DNA of 64,000 bases from Candidatus Obscuribacteraceae bacterium (GCA_044229845.1 JBGASG010000009.1:64001-128000); one strand, 5' to 3'; shown: positions 37,500 through 48,151, counted from the stretch's first letter. Notes: generated by a model from the sequence alone, not told the origin. Made by a program: numbers and translations.

Positions 37500-38585
37500 C
37501 TATAGCGTAGCGACGAAAACGCGATTAAACGGAGTTTCTGTAGCCCGCCTGAACGTCTTGAAACCACCTGCTTTAACAACCAATTCCAGGGCGCTGTCGG
37601 TGGCGACGGTTCCCAGTTGAGTCGGTCCGGATGCCATCGCCGCTGGTGTGCAACAAAGGACGCTGGCGCCTGTATAAACACGACCGACCAGGTTGAAGTT
37701 TTCTTCGAGCGTTCTGCCGCCCATCGGTTCGATCAGCACCATCAGTCCGTCCGGCTTCAAAATTTGCGCGACCCTGCGACAGGCTGATTGAGGATCTCCC
37801 ATATCGTGTAGACAATCGAAAAATGCCACCACATCGTAATCGTTCCCCGGCAACTCGGCTGCCGATGCGACTTCATAGGTGATGCGCTCGCTCAGTCCCG
37901 CGGCGGCGGCAACGTTGCGCGCCTGTTCTATCGAAGGCGCGTGATTGTCGAATCCGTAGAATTTCGAGGCGGGGAAAGCTTGAGCCATCTCCATGGTTGA
38001 GATTCCATGTCCGCAACCGACGTCGGCCACCTTTGCGCCTCGTTCCAGCTTCGATTGCAACTCCGGCACATCGGGAATCCACTTTTGCACGAGCACATTC
38101 TTGTATGCGGTGCGGAAAAACCTTTCGGTGCCGGAGAAAAGGTGCGGGTCGTGTTCGCCCCAGCCCAATCCTTTGCCTGTCTTGAAGCAGTCGACAAGGC
38201 GTTCGTAAGACTGCAAAAGTGCCAGGTACGTTTCGAACCCTCCGGCAGCAAAATACGGACTGTTGTCGTTGCAAAGTACTTCGGCGTGTTCTGCCGGTAA
38301 TACAAACTTTTGCGAGTCGTTTTCGTAGCGAATGTATCCGCTCGCCGCTTGATTCAGGCACCACTCACGGACATAACGCCCGTTGCAGCCGGCGCGTGTG
38401 GCAATTTGATCGGTGGTAGCCGCCCCTAGCTCATGCATCGCCTTATACAGACCGAGGCGATCGCCGAGGGCACCACAAGCGACCGCTACCAGACCTGCGA
38501 AGTCCTCGACGCACCGATGCTGGAAAGCTGCGGCTTTCTCTCTGTCGACAGTGCTGGTTGGATGGGGGCCGCCGGCAGTAGTCAT
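37500..38585 (-). CDS. Class I SAM methyltransferase with N-terminal wHTH (Rv2258c-like)
   Basis: GDRLGLY, RYVREW, VADVGCGHG, FDCLHDMGDP, TPFNRVF. Confidence 0.88.
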   Translation of the reverse strand: MTTAGGPHPTSTVDREKAAAFQHRCVEDFAGLVAVACGALGDRLGLYKAMHELGAATTDQIATRAGCNGRYVREWCLNQAASGYIRYENDSQKFVLPAEHAEVLCNDNSPYFAAGGFETYLALLQSYERLVDCFKTGKGLGWGEHDPHLFSGTERFFRTAYKNVLVQKWIPDVPELQSKLERGAKVADVGCGHGISTMEMAQAFPASKFYGFDNHAPSIEQARNVAAAAGLSERITYEVASAAELPGNDYDVVAFFDCLHDMGDPQSACRRVAQILKPDGLMVLIEPMGGRTLEENFNLVGRVYTGASVLCCTPAAMASGPTQLGTVATDSALELVVKAGGFKTFRRATETPFNRVFVATL

Positions 38586-38727
38586 GTTGTCGTCTCCCTA
38601 CAAGCTGAAGGAGAGTAACTCTATCTCATTGCATCACTGAAACGATATCGCTTTAGCTTTTCAGGTGGTGCGCACCTTTCCCACTTGGTAGGATATGCAC
38701 GCCCAGGCATCTTGAGGATCGTTTCCG

Positions 38728-39270
38728 ATGACAAGCATGAAGTTGCATGCCGCTGTAGCTGCTGTTTCAGTCGCAGCCGCATGCGTGTTTATTTTGTCGT
38801 CTTGCGGTAGCGGCCCGCCCCCGGCTGCAGTCACTCCCGCTTCGGAGCAGTCGCAAAAGCCGGACTTCATCGATAACGCCCTGGTTGGTCAGGCAGCCGC
38901 AATCCAAGAGTCGGTCGAAGCTTATGCGGTCGATCATGGAGGAAACTATCCGACACGCGTCGACGATGCGTTGAAGAGTTACTTTCCGAAAGAGGGCTTC
39001 ACCAATCCCGCCACAGGTAAAACAAACCAGATGCCGGAGCAAGGCGATATCAAAGACCTGGAGTCCGTTTTTCGCGGTGAGGTGGTGCCGGCGACCAAAG
39101 CCGGGATGGTTCAATATTCCGCTCTGGACAACGGCAAGATGTACGCCATTGTATGTGGTGGCGCAGGCGATAAGCCGATACATGATCCCGATCACGAAGA
39201 TCGCATCTTCATGTTGTCCAACGTCAAAAGATTCAGTTCCAGCGTTGACTACCTGAGAAAGTCCAAATGA
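38728..39270 (+). CDS. Hypothetical lipoprotein with pseudopilin-like globular domain
   Basis: Lipobox LSSC; VEAYAVDHGGNYP...NP.TG. Confidence 0.55.
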   Translation: MTSMKLHAAVAAVSVAAACVFILSSCGSGPPPAAVTPASEQSQKPDFIDNALVGQAAAIQESVEAYAVDHGGNYPTRVDDALKSYFPKEGFTNPATGKTNQMPEQGDIKDLESVFRGEVVPATKAGMVQYSALDNGKMYAIVCGGAGDKPIHDPDHEDRIFMLSNVKRFSSSVDYLRKSK

Positions 39271-40262
39271 GATCAGCCAGTTTAAGGAGAGCTGTTATGT
39301 CCGTCAGCAAACTCGCACTAGTTGCCCTATCGGTGTGCACACAGTTGGCAATGCTTGCCCCTGCTGTCGAGGCGAAACCACCGGCACGCCGAGCGGTGCC
39401 TGCGAAGGCACGGTTGCCGATCTGGAGTGAAGGCGTCAAGGTGCCCTATCGAGCCTGGCTGCCGATTGATAAACCCAGAGAAGTGTTGCTCTGCATTCAC
39501 GGACTTGGTTTCAGCAGCGAGTCTTATGCTGAGTTTGGGCGAGTGATGGCATCGCGCGGCATCGCTGTGTATGCCATGGATGTGCGCGGATTTGGAAAGT
39601 GGATGCAGGTGCGCGGTAAAGAGAAAGTCGATTTCGAAGGCTGTCTCGCCGATACGGAAGCAGCTTTGCGGGCTCTGCGAGCTGCCTTTCCAGGCACACC
39701 GATCTTCATCGTCGGCGAATCGATGGGTGGTGCTATAGCTTTGCGGGCGGTGTCAAGAAACCCTCAGCTTGTCGATGGATTGGTCTCCTCTGTGCCATCA
39801 AGCGATCGCTACGGCAAATGGCACAGCAACATCGTCGTCGGTGTTCGTTATATCGGGAACAAAGATAAACCGATGGATGTGGCTCCGGAAGTGGTTTCGA
39901 AAGCTACTTCCAACGAATATCTGCAGAAGAAATGGGAAGACAATAAAATCAACCGCATGGAGCTGACGCCCGACGAATTGAAGCAGTTCAACGACTTCAT
40001 GAAAGGCAATTACGACGCTGCGGTGTTGGTGGAAAAGGTGCCGGTCTTGATGCTGGCTGGATTTAAAGACAAGCTGGTAAAGCCGGAAGGCACCATCGAT
40101 TTGTTCAACGATCTGACGGTCCAGGAGAAACTATTGATGGTTGTCGGAGATGGCGAACATCTTCTGCTGGAAGAGAATCAGCTGACACACCAGTTGGCGA
40201 CGCTAATCATCGATTGGTTACACAGTGAGTCTCGTCGGCAGGGTGTAACGGCGCACCCCTAA
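39267..40262 (+). CDS. Secreted alpha/beta hydrolase (lysophospholipase-like)
   Basis: CIHGLG, DVRGFG, GESMGG, D.LV, GEHLL. Confidence 0.88.
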   Translation: MRSASLRRAVMSVSKLALVALSVCTQLAMLAPAVEAKPPARRAVPAKARLPIWSEGVKVPYRAWLPIDKPREVLLCIHGLGFSSESYAEFGRVMASRGIAVYAMDVRGFGKWMQVRGKEKVDFEGCLADTEAALRALRAAFPGTPIFIVGESMGGAIALRAVSRNPQLVDGLVSSVPSSDRYGKWHSNIVVGVRYIGNKDKPMDVAPEVVSKATSNEYLQKKWEDNKINRMELTPDELKQFNDFMKGNYDAAVLVEKVPVLMLAGFKDKLVKPEGTIDLFNDLTVQEKLLMVVGDGEHLLLEENQLTHQLATLIIDWLHSESRRQGVTAHP

Positions 40263-40280
40263 GCTGCCGCGCGGGTACGA

Positions 40281-40664
40281 CTATTTGCTGTTGCCCTGAA
40301 CCTGAACGCGCTTCTCAAGCTTCAGCTTGCTGATCGCCACGGACACTTTGTTGAGTTCTTCTTCCAGAGAAGCTATGTCTTTCGGCGATAGTTGCTTGTT
40401 GGAGCTCTTTTTGATCATACTGCGCTTCTTGCGCATGACGTCCGCCAGATCCGAACGAAGCTTGGTGCACTCTTTGACTGTCAGTTCTTTATTCTTCTGA
40501 CCGGCATTGACGTCTTGCATCAGTTGAGCCTGGCGTTCGTCGATCGTCCATGTTTTGGAGATGCCAGGCGAGGCAACTGCTACCAGGAGCGAGATTGCCA
40601 TGACGGCTGCCAATTTCTTTGAGTGAAGATGCACGGAACAGACCTCGTAAGGTGACAGGGCCAA
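40281..40664 (-). CDS. Small secreted helical hypothetical protein (start uncertain)
   Basis: Signal-like N-terminus, charged helical body. Confidence 0.6.
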   Translation of the reverse strand: MALSPYEVCSVHLHSKKLAAVMAISLLVAVASPGISKTWTIDERQAQLMQDVNAGQKNKELTVKECTKLRSDLADVMRKKRSMIKKSSNKQLSPKDIASLEEELNKVSVAISKLKLEKRVQVQGNSK

Positions 40665-40695
40665 ATTATCATATGTCGAGATATCTGATCAATTC

Positions 40696-41565
40696 TCAGG
40701 ACTCAGAAAGAAGGATCGACTTTAGTTGGGCTGCGGCTGTGCCTTCGCGAGCGGCGCCGGACAGGTGAAACAAGTGATAATGTACTTGCGGAAGTTCGGT
40801 GAGCTTGCGTGACACCAGTCCCGCCGGCAGCGATACCATCGAGTTGACAATCGCCAGTCCCAGCCCGAGTTTTACGAAGTGGAGCATCAGCTCCCAGCCG
40901 TTTGCTTCCACCGCCACCTGCCAGTCGACCTCGGCCGATTGCAGGGCGCGTGCCAATATCTGTCGATGTGGGCGGTCCGCCGATGGAACTATCAATGACT
41001 GCCCCTGCAATGACGTCAGTCGCAAAGACTTACGTGTGGCGAGCGCATGCCCTTTCGGCATCACCAGCATCTGGTCGCAGCGAGACAGTAGTGTAGATCG
41101 ACAACCATCCGGCACTGTTTCCAGTGACGCGACCCCAATGTGAGCTTTGCCGCTCACCACCGCCTCAATGACGCCTTCACGATTGGACGTGATCAACTTG
41201 AGAGGCGTTTTTGACTGTTTGAGAAACTGCTTGATGCCGTTGCCCAGAATATATAAGTACGTCCCTTCTCCGCCGGCCAGCACGATCGGCTGTGAACTGG
41301 CGCCGCCGTGCAACTCACTCCCGAAAGCCTCCACTTGGGACAGCATCTGGCGGGCGAATCTAGCCACCTGGAGACCCTGCTCGGTGAGTTTGAGGCGGCG
41401 CCCGATCTTTATATAGAGCGGTGCGTCCAATGTGTTTGCCAGTTGCTGCACCTTCATGTGCAGGGCGGGCTGTGAGATGAAGAGTTCGTCTGCCGCATGG
41501 GTGAAGTTGAGGTGTTCGGCAAACGCCGCAAAGGCTCGCAAGGTCGAAAAATCAACATTTAGCAT
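40696..41565 (-). CDS. LysR family transcriptional regulator
   Basis: NFTHAADELFISQPAL...LTEQG HTH; substrate-binding domain. Confidence 0.92.
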   Translation of the reverse strand: MLNVDFSTLRAFAAFAEHLNFTHAADELFISQPALHMKVQQLANTLDAPLYIKIGRRLKLTEQGLQVARFARQMLSQVEAFGSELHGGASSQPIVLAGGEGTYLYILGNGIKQFLKQSKTPLKLITSNREGVIEAVVSGKAHIGVASLETVPDGCRSTLLSRCDQMLVMPKGHALATRKSLRLTSLQGQSLIVPSADRPHRQILARALQSAEVDWQVAVEANGWELMLHFVKLGLGLAIVNSMVSLPAGLVSRKLTELPQVHYHLFHLSGAAREGTAAAQLKSILLSES

Positions 41566-41681
41566 GAGCTGTTGTCCGGCGTTGAGAGATATAAGAAAAT
41601 ACGATAGTGCATCTAATTATTATAGTTCCCCATTATAGCGTCTGGCGATACCCTGGAATTGAAATAACAGGAGAATCAAAA

Positions 41682-42200
41682 ATGACAGCTAGAGAAAAAC
41701 AAGCCGTAATCGGGGTCGACATCGGTGGCGTCTTGATCGCCCACAGCGACGACCGCAGCGACACATCTTTTTTCAGCAAGCACTATTTGAAGACGCCCGC
41801 CTGTGATGGCGCCTTCGAAGCGATTAGACAACTGGTATCCGCCGGTTGCGACGTGCACCTGGTGTCGAAGTGCGGCGAGACCGTCGAAGGCAAGTCTCGC
41901 AAGTGGTTGCTTACCAACCGCTTTTATGAGATCACCGGGTTGACGCCGGAGAAAGTGCACTTTTGCCGCGAGCGAGCCGACAAAGCGGCTATCTGTACTG
42001 ACCTGGGAGCCACCCACTTTGTGGACGATCGCCTGGAGGTGCTCTCTTACTTGCATGATGTGCCGAACAAATACTTGTTCAATCCCAATCCCAAAGAGGT
42101 GAGCAAGTTTAAAGCGGCATTGGACTCGGTGCAGAAGGTCTCGACCTGGGAGCAGTTGCTGCCGCTTATTCTGGTGGCGGAGCTAGTCGCCGAACGTTAA
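41682..42200 (+). CDS. HAD-like protein (NT5C-like)
   Basis: AGGAG SD; GVDIGGV, LVSK, K, HFVDDR. Confidence 0.7.
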   Translation: MTAREKQAVIGVDIGGVLIAHSDDRSDTSFFSKHYLKTPACDGAFEAIRQLVSAGCDVHLVSKCGETVEGKSRKWLLTNRFYEITGLTPEKVHFCRERADKAAICTDLGATHFVDDRLEVLSYLHDVPNKYLFNPNPKEVSKFKAALDSVQKVSTWEQLLPLILVAELVAER

Positions 42201-42725
42201 ATAGTTCGGCGGGACGTGCTCCGTTAGCCAGACGCGGTTGTCGCTGACGAAAAACGCGAATCCGTCCCGGTGCATCTCGCCCGCGTCGACGCTGACCAAG
42301 ATCGGCTTTCCATGGCGTGAGCCGACTGTGCGAGCCGTGTCCCGATTGGTCGTCAGATGTACATGGTGGCGCTTGCCTTTAATCAGTCCGGATGTCTTTA
42401 TAGAGTCGATAAAGCGATCGGCGGTGCCGTGATAGAGCATTGCGGGCGGAGTTTGAGCCTGGTAACCCAGCTCGACTTCAATAGAGTGACCTTGATTGGC
42501 GCGGATGCGAGTCTGGTCTGCGTTAAGCGCAAACCGTTGCTTGTCGCTGGTTTGCACGATTAGCAGCAAATTTGCCAGGGAGAGCGGGTGTCCGTGCTGG
42601 GCACAGGCTTCCAGCAAATGCGGTACCGAAACCCAGCCGCCCGCGTCCAGGGACAAACCGACTGTTTCCGGTTTGTGCCTCAAGATGAGAGACAGGAATT
42701 TGCTCATCGCAATGAGGTCAGTCAC
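42183..42725 (-). CDS. kptA: RNA 2'-phosphotransferase (Tpt1/KptA)
   Basis: SKFLSLILRH, KQRF, IRANQGHS, LYHGT, RHHVHL, VWL. Confidence 0.93.
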   Translation of the reverse strand: MTDLIAMSKFLSLILRHKPETVGLSLDAGGWVSVPHLLEACAQHGHPLSLANLLLIVQTSDKQRFALNADQTRIRANQGHSIEVELGYQAQTPPAMLYHGTADRFIDSIKTSGLIKGKRHHVHLTTNRDTARTVGSRHGKPILVSVDAGEMHRDGFAFFVSDNRVWLTEHVPPNYLTFGD

Positions 42726-43315
42726 ACTACCACTTCGCTAACCTTATCGATGGCATCCTTGAGTTTGGCGATCTCTTCCATGTGCAACTGGCGCCATACC
42801 TCATTGGTGGCTCGGAGCAGACCGTAGGCCTTCACCACGGACGGTGGCGTACCGAATTCGATGAACGACTGCCGCACCAGATCCATCTTTACGACCATGC
42901 TGCGTTCTTCATCTGTCAAGGTTTTCCAGCAGCGCTCTTCTCGTTGCAGCCGCTTGAACCATTCCGCCAGTTGCTGCCGGTGCGGATGGGTGGCGCCGGC
43001 TCTGATCAGTTTCAGATCCGACTGGCAGATATCAAACCCGATGTAATCGTGCCCGCAGCTGACATAAGGAAAGAGTTGTTCGATGCGAACATACTTTACG
43101 TCTTCACCAAGCTTAATAGGGGACGCCCCGTCGCGGGTCCAATCGTCGTGTTTGTCGATTCGCCACATGTAGTCCAGTTTGCCAAACGCGTCTTTACCGT
43201 CCGGAGCGAGCATGATTATGAACGTACCGCCCGTTAACAAGGGCAGTTTAGTATGCCAGCTGTGGGCGTTCATCAGGTGGGCGAGAAAGGCAGAACGTTG
43301 GGCTTCTGTGGTCAC
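42722..43315 (-). CDS. Hypothetical protein coupled to kptA
   Basis: 197-aa ORF with a 4-nt overlap with the kptA start. Confidence 0.6.
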   Translation of the reverse strand: MTTEAQRSAFLAHLMNAHSWHTKLPLLTGGTFIIMLAPDGKDAFGKLDYMWRIDKHDDWTRDGASPIKLGEDVKYVRIEQLFPYVSCGHDYIGFDICQSDLKLIRAGATHPHRQQLAEWFKRLQREERCWKTLTDEERSMVVKMDLVRQSFIEFGTPPSVVKAYGLLRATNEVWRQLHMEEIAKLKDAIDKVSEVVV

Positions 43316-43502
43316 GGACGCTGATTCCTTCGCTTCGGCAGGAACCCATTTTAACTTGAAGGGCGATTGCGCGCGCTACCCCCTTTTAGGGGGAGGTAGA
43401 CTCGTGTTTACAAGCGGCATGGATGGATGCCCGGATGGGTACATCCAGAAGAGGGAAAATGGGCTGTGGCGTGGCCGTTTGCCTGTAGACAACCAAAGAG
43501 TC

Positions 43503-45740
43503 ATGGCTGAAAAAATTGTGTTGCACAAGAAGGAGCAGCAGACCGTCTCGCGGCGGTTGCTGTTTCTGGCTCCGTTTTTCCTTGCCAATACGGTCTTCGT
43601 GATGGCTCACTGGTTCGCTCCCACCCCCACCGCGATGGTTGGTTTCTGGCAGCAGGTGGTGGGAACGCTGCTGGGGTTGCTGGGCTTGCCAGCAGTCTAT
43701 GCCATCCTCTGGAAAAACTGTCTGGACAAGCGGCTGGAAGTGACGGACGGACGGCTGGTCGGTCTGCATGGGCTGGCCAATCATCAGCTTGCGGATCTGG
43801 CTGAGATTACAGGCGATGCCGGCAGCGAGAAGGATGACTTCCGAGATTCGATTATTTTGCGTTTTGCCAACGATGACGAGATTTCGTTGTATGTTGAAGA
43901 CTATGAGGAAAAGGAGCTGCTGTCGTTTCTTGCCCATCTGAAAAAAGAACGGCCCGATGTTCCATGCACTTATTCCGACATCATTTCACTGGAATCGCGG
44001 GGCTTGCTGCGGTTTCTCGTCAGTTCGGTCGAACCTGACAATGTTGTCCTCAAGCTCAGCAAAAGTCCATTTGAAGACACTGTTATGCGCCTGCTCAAGT
44101 CCCACGAGAGCATCTTCTGGCGCATCTATTCTTGTATGTGGATGGCTGCGGTGTTTGGACTGGCGGCCTTCAGCATCTTGATTGAGAATGAACGAAGCAC
44201 CGGCGTCAGCGTCTGGGATCCATCCAGGGTCGTCCACGATTTGCAGGCGGTGGTCTCTCACTCCGGCGGTCATCCTGGATTTTGGGACAACCTCAATCTG
44301 CAAGCTTGGGTCACCTATAAAGCAGCCTTCGATTACTTCATGGCTTCCGGCGTCGATTTCATGCGCGTTGTCTGGTTGCTGATCGGTGTGTTGGTGGTGG
44401 CAATTCCGATCATTCGATTGCTATCACCGACGTTTCTTTTTGTTGACGGTAACAGCCTCGGCTCTGGAACGCGATTTGTGCCCTGGGATAGAGCGAGCGC
44501 CATCAGTCTCAACCATGGCTCTGGTAGCGTGGATTCACTGGAGGACGGTACGCTGACGATCGAGTCGACGGCACAGAGCCCGCTGGAAATCGATCTGCGC
44601 CGAGTGACCGACGAAAAACAGCGACATTTGCTCTTGCGGCTGGTCGACAATTATGCAGGCAACGCCAAGCGCAATGCCGAGTTTATGCGCACTACCAACA
44701 CTCTGGTCGACTTGCAGTTCACGGACATCTGGCTCGACCAGCTGGAGGCAAGTGGCGGCACCGATGTGCCGAAGCCGGTGCCGGATGAAACCGGTGAACG
44801 CACGCTGGCTGCCGGCAAGTATCAGGTTTTGAGGGCGCTCGGGTTTGGTGGACAGGGAACAGCGTACCTGGGGCGGTCGGTAGAACCGCTGACGGTCTCT
44901 AGTGGTGACGCTGAAGAGGCAAAAGAGCCGACTGCGGCACCCTCCCGCGATGTGGTGGTCAAAGAGCTGGTGCTGCCCAATTACGCCGATGTGCGCGTGC
45001 TGCAGGATGCGACAGCCAGGTTCGAACGCGGAGCGACCTTGCTGGAGAGTCTGCGTCATCCGCAAATCGTTCGTCTTTGGGATCACTTCGTCGAGGACGG
45101 ACGGGCCTTTCTGGTTCTCGAATATATTGAAGGCAAAAACTTGAGACAGGTTGTTCAAGAGTCCGGCGCGTTCTCTCTCAAGCAAGTGTGCGAATTCGGC
45201 ATGCAGCTCTGCGAAATTTTGAGCTACCTGCATTCTCAACAGCCTGCGGTTATACACTGCGACTTCGCTCCCGATAACTTGATTCTGACACCGGGAGGCA
45301 AACTGAAACTCGTTGACTTCGACGTGGCTCAGGTTCTGGATGCGCGAGCTTATTCGTTTGTTGCGGGCAGACCGTCATATACGCCGCCGGAGCAGTTTCG
45401 CGGACAACCTACAACGCAGAGCGATGTATTTGCTCTGGGCGGCATATTGCATTTCTTGCTCAACGGCGCCGATCCGTCCCCTCTCGGTGCCAGTGCCGAG
45501 GGACCCGATGTGCAGACCGATTTTGAGCAGCTGATCGGTGAATGTCTGGCATTCGAAGCTTCTGAGCGACCGCAGTCCGCTGAAGATGTGCGCCTGCGTT
45601 TGCAGGCAATCGCCGCCGGGAGTAATGTCGGCAGTAATACCAGTAATACCGCCAGTGATGGCATACCGGAAGAGGACGATGATGGCGTGATTATAAAACT
45701 GGCGCAGCGCGAACCAAGTGAAGTAATTGTGGAAGGTTAG
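43503..45740 (+). CDS. Membrane Ser/Thr (Hanks-type) protein kinase
   Basis: TMs; LGFGGQG, VVKE, HCDFAPDN, VDFD, YTPPEQ, SDVFALG. Likely start is ATG 43503. Confidence 0.85.
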   Translation: MAEKIVLHKKEQQTVSRRLLFLAPFFLANTVFVMAHWFAPTPTAMVGFWQQVVGTLLGLLGLPAVYAILWKNCLDKRLEVTDGRLVGLHGLANHQLADLAEITGDAGSEKDDFRDSIILRFANDDEISLYVEDYEEKELLSFLAHLKKERPDVPCTYSDIISLESRGLLRFLVSSVEPDNVVLKLSKSPFEDTVMRLLKSHESIFWRIYSCMWMAAVFGLAAFSILIENERSTGVSVWDPSRVVHDLQAVVSHSGGHPGFWDNLNLQAWVTYKAAFDYFMASGVDFMRVVWLLIGVLVVAIPIIRLLSPTFLFVDGNSLGSGTRFVPWDRASAISLNHGSGSVDSLEDGTLTIESTAQSPLEIDLRRVTDEKQRHLLLRLVDNYAGNAKRNAEFMRTTNTLVDLQFTDIWLDQLEASGGTDVPKPVPDETGERTLAAGKYQVLRALGFGGQGTAYLGRSVEPLTVSSGDAEEAKEPTAAPSRDVVVKELVLPNYADVRVLQDATARFERGATLLESLRHPQIVRLWDHFVEDGRAFLVLEYIEGKNLRQVVQESGAFSLKQVCEFGMQLCEILSYLHSQQPAVIHCDFAPDNLILTPGGKLKLVDFDVAQVLDARAYSFVAGRPSYTPPEQFRGQPTTQSDVFALGGILHFLLNGADPSPLGASAEGPDVQTDFEQLIGECLAFEASERPQSAEDVRLRLQAIAAGSNVGSNTSNTASDGIPEEDDDGVIIKLAQREPSEVIVEG

Positions 45741-45759
45741 TTGATACTGTAAGGAAGGT

Positions 45760-47166
45760 TTGATCTTGGCTGACAGGACGGAAAAGGCAGCGGTAATCGA
45801 ATACACCAGTCCGCTTGCCGGCTACTGCAGAATCATGGCAGTCACTGCAACCGCCGGACTGATTGTTTTCTTTCCCCTGCCCTTCATCGCCTCGGTAATG
45901 TTCGGATCGCATCCGGTGATTACTGTATTGTTGGTGACTATCGCTGTCCTTTCACTTTTGTTCTTTGCTCTGGCGATCAATGCATATCGCAGCAACCGGG
46001 CCGGGCGACTGATTATCACCGACACCGGCATCATGTGGGGAAGATCTGCCAGGAAGGGTGGTTTGCCCTGGAGCAAAGTGAAGACGATCAGTTTCTTGAA
46101 GAAACCTCTTGGTGACGCCACGGATGGTGAGTTTGTCATAAAGCGCGAGTCTGGTTCGCCGCTTTCGCTGCAGACGTCCTCCCTGTCTCAGGAAAATCTG
46201 GACAAGCTGGTTTCGGCGTGCTCGCTCTGGGCTAATGCATGGTCAAAAGATGAATCGTTTACTCAACTCCTGGAGTCGGTGACGAGAAAACGCAGCGACA
46301 CCAGCGATTCAAATTTCACCGCGCTCTGGATGCAGGAGTCGCAGCGCCGATTGAACACGACGCCATTTGTTCCGCTGGCTCCAGGCAAGAGCCTGCAAAA
46401 CGGACGCGTTAAAGTTGTTCAGCCGTTAACGGCAGGCGGCTGGTCTGCCATTTACCTGTGCCAATGGACAGAGAACACGCCGGCGATCTTGAAAGAAGCC
46501 GTGGTGCCGCCCCTGGTGGCAGCGCCGGTGAAGGAGAAGGCATACGAGCATTTCGAGCGCGAGGCAGTATTGCTGTCCGGGCTCGAACACAAGCAGATTG
46601 CCAAAGTGCTGGACTATTTCATCGAGGATGGGCGGCAGTACATGGTGCTCGAGCGTCTGACCGGCGCCAACTTGCGAACTTTCATCAAGGACAAGGGTGC
46701 CGTTTCTCACAAACAAGCATCTAAGTGGATCGGGGAACTGGTCGATATCCTCTCTTATTTGCACAGCCGCCAACCGGCGATTATTCACCGCGACCTCACC
46801 CCGGAGAATCTGGTGCTTGATATGAAAGGCTCGCTTGTGCTGATCGATTTCGGTTCTGCCAACGAGTTTGTCGCCACCTGCACAGGTACACTGGTCGGCA
46901 AGCCGTCGTACATCGCACCGGAACAGTTCTCCGGACACTCGACTTTGCAGAGCGATCTTTATTCACTGGGCGCCGTTATCTACTTCATGTACACAGGACA
47001 GGATCCCGAACCATTGACGGTGGCAAGCCCAAGGGCGGCAAATGCTGCCGTCCCTGAAGAAGTAGACAAACTGGTTGCTGATCTCATGAAGCTTGACCTC
47101 AAACAGCGCCTGAAAAATATCGATGCTGTCAAACAACGTCTTTCGGCGACTGCAGTCGAGACCTAA
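45760..47166 (+). CDS. Membrane Ser/Thr (Hanks-type) protein kinase
   Basis: Two TMs; ILKE, HRDLTPEN, IDFG, YIAPEQ, SDLYSLG. Confidence 0.88.
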   Translation: MILADRTEKAAVIEYTSPLAGYCRIMAVTATAGLIVFFPLPFIASVMFGSHPVITVLLVTIAVLSLLFFALAINAYRSNRAGRLIITDTGIMWGRSARKGGLPWSKVKTISFLKKPLGDATDGEFVIKRESGSPLSLQTSSLSQENLDKLVSACSLWANAWSKDESFTQLLESVTRKRSDTSDSNFTALWMQESQRRLNTTPFVPLAPGKSLQNGRVKVVQPLTAGGWSAIYLCQWTENTPAILKEAVVPPLVAAPVKEKAYEHFEREAVLLSGLEHKQIAKVLDYFIEDGRQYMVLERLTGANLRTFIKDKGAVSHKQASKWIGELVDILSYLHSRQPAIIHRDLTPENLVLDMKGSLVLIDFGSANEFVATCTGTLVGKPSYIAPEQFSGHSTLQSDLYSLGAVIYFMYTGQDPEPLTVASPRAANAAVPEEVDKLVADLMKLDLKQRLKNIDAVKQRLSATAVET

Positions 47167-47642
47167 TCGCGCGAGACCATCTTTTTGAACCAGATCATTG
47201 CGCCTTCGCTGTCTCGAAGCGTGGCGTCATGCTGCCAGTTAAACCACTCAACGCGACCACCGGCGTGGATGTTCATCGATGTGATGGTGGCGCCTTTGGT
47301 GTCGAGGAAAACCAGCTCTACACCAGGACCGAATTCGATGAATGAAACTTGCTGCGCGTTCACCTTCAGGATATTTGTCAGCTGCTTCACGTCTGCCGGG
47401 CTGTTCAATTTGAAAGTAGACTTCTTCAAGTGCCAATCACTAATTGCCCAGTCATTCGGACGCACAATCACTGAGGTGGTCTTTTTCAGCACCGCATCCA
47501 GAGCTGCCTGATCTGCTTCCGGTTGGTCGGCTCGGCAAGTGGCGCCGATGCTGCGTAAGTACTTCACCACGCCGGCGGCATCTTTTCCGGAGTCGAGAGC
47601 GAGATCGAGGGGTGTTTTGAGAAATTGCGATTTCGCGTTGAC
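47163..47642 (-). pseudogene. 3' fragment of IS-interrupted ankyrin-repeat gene
   Basis: Reads VNAKSQFLKTPLDLALDSG..VVKYL, the second half of an ankyrin repeat, directly from the IS left junction. Confidence 0.75.
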
Positions 47643-47711
47643 CAAGATGCGCGGCAAGCCTCGTCCTTCAGGGCGAGGAGGATAGCGCCGGCGGCGCAGA
47701 CGCCTTGTCGA

Positions 47712-48128
47712 TCAGTGTGGGGTGCGTTGCTGCTCAATATACTGGCGAACAATGCTGATAGGGGCGCCTCCGCAACTTCCAGCGAAGTAGCTAGGAGACC
47801 ATAGACTGTCTCCCCAGAGCTTCTTGGAGATGGCGGCACCATGTTGCTTCCGAAGCAGACGACTGGAAACACCTTTCAGGCTGTTTACTAGATGCGAAAT
47901 TGCGACTTTCGGAGGATAAGTCACCAACAAATGGACATGGTCGTCTTCGCCGTTGAATTCGAGCAATTCAGCCTCAAAGTCCTCGCAAACATCGGAGAAA
48001 ATCTCCTGAAGATCGGACAACAGGGATTTAGTGAATACAAATCGATGATATTTGGTCACAAAGACCAAATGCACATGCAAATTGAACACGCAGTGTCTAC
48101 CGCGTCTAATGTCAGTGGCAGCTTTCAT
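47712..48128 (-). CDS. tnpA: IS200-type Y1 HUH transposase
   Basis: HLVFVTKY, DHVHLL (HUH), LKGVSSR, LWSPSYF, YIEQQ. Confidence 0.95.
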   Translation of the reverse strand: MKAATDIRRGRHCVFNLHVHLVFVTKYHRFVFTKSLLSDLQEIFSDVCEDFEAELLEFNGEDDHVHLLVTYPPKVAISHLVNSLKGVSSRLLRKQHGAAISKKLWGDSLWSPSYFAGSCGGAPISIVRQYIEQQRTPH

Positions 48129-48151
48129 AGACCAACAGTATAATTCAATGT

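Noticed and set aside
43179..43502. N-terminal 108 aa of the 853-aa kinase ORF
   Set aside because: It overlaps the divergent gene 42722..43315; ATG 43503 is the more plausible start.
47643..47657. Start of ORF 47163..47657 as an independent gene
   Set aside because: The first codons lie inside the IS left end; the rest is the ankyrin gene's 3' fragment.
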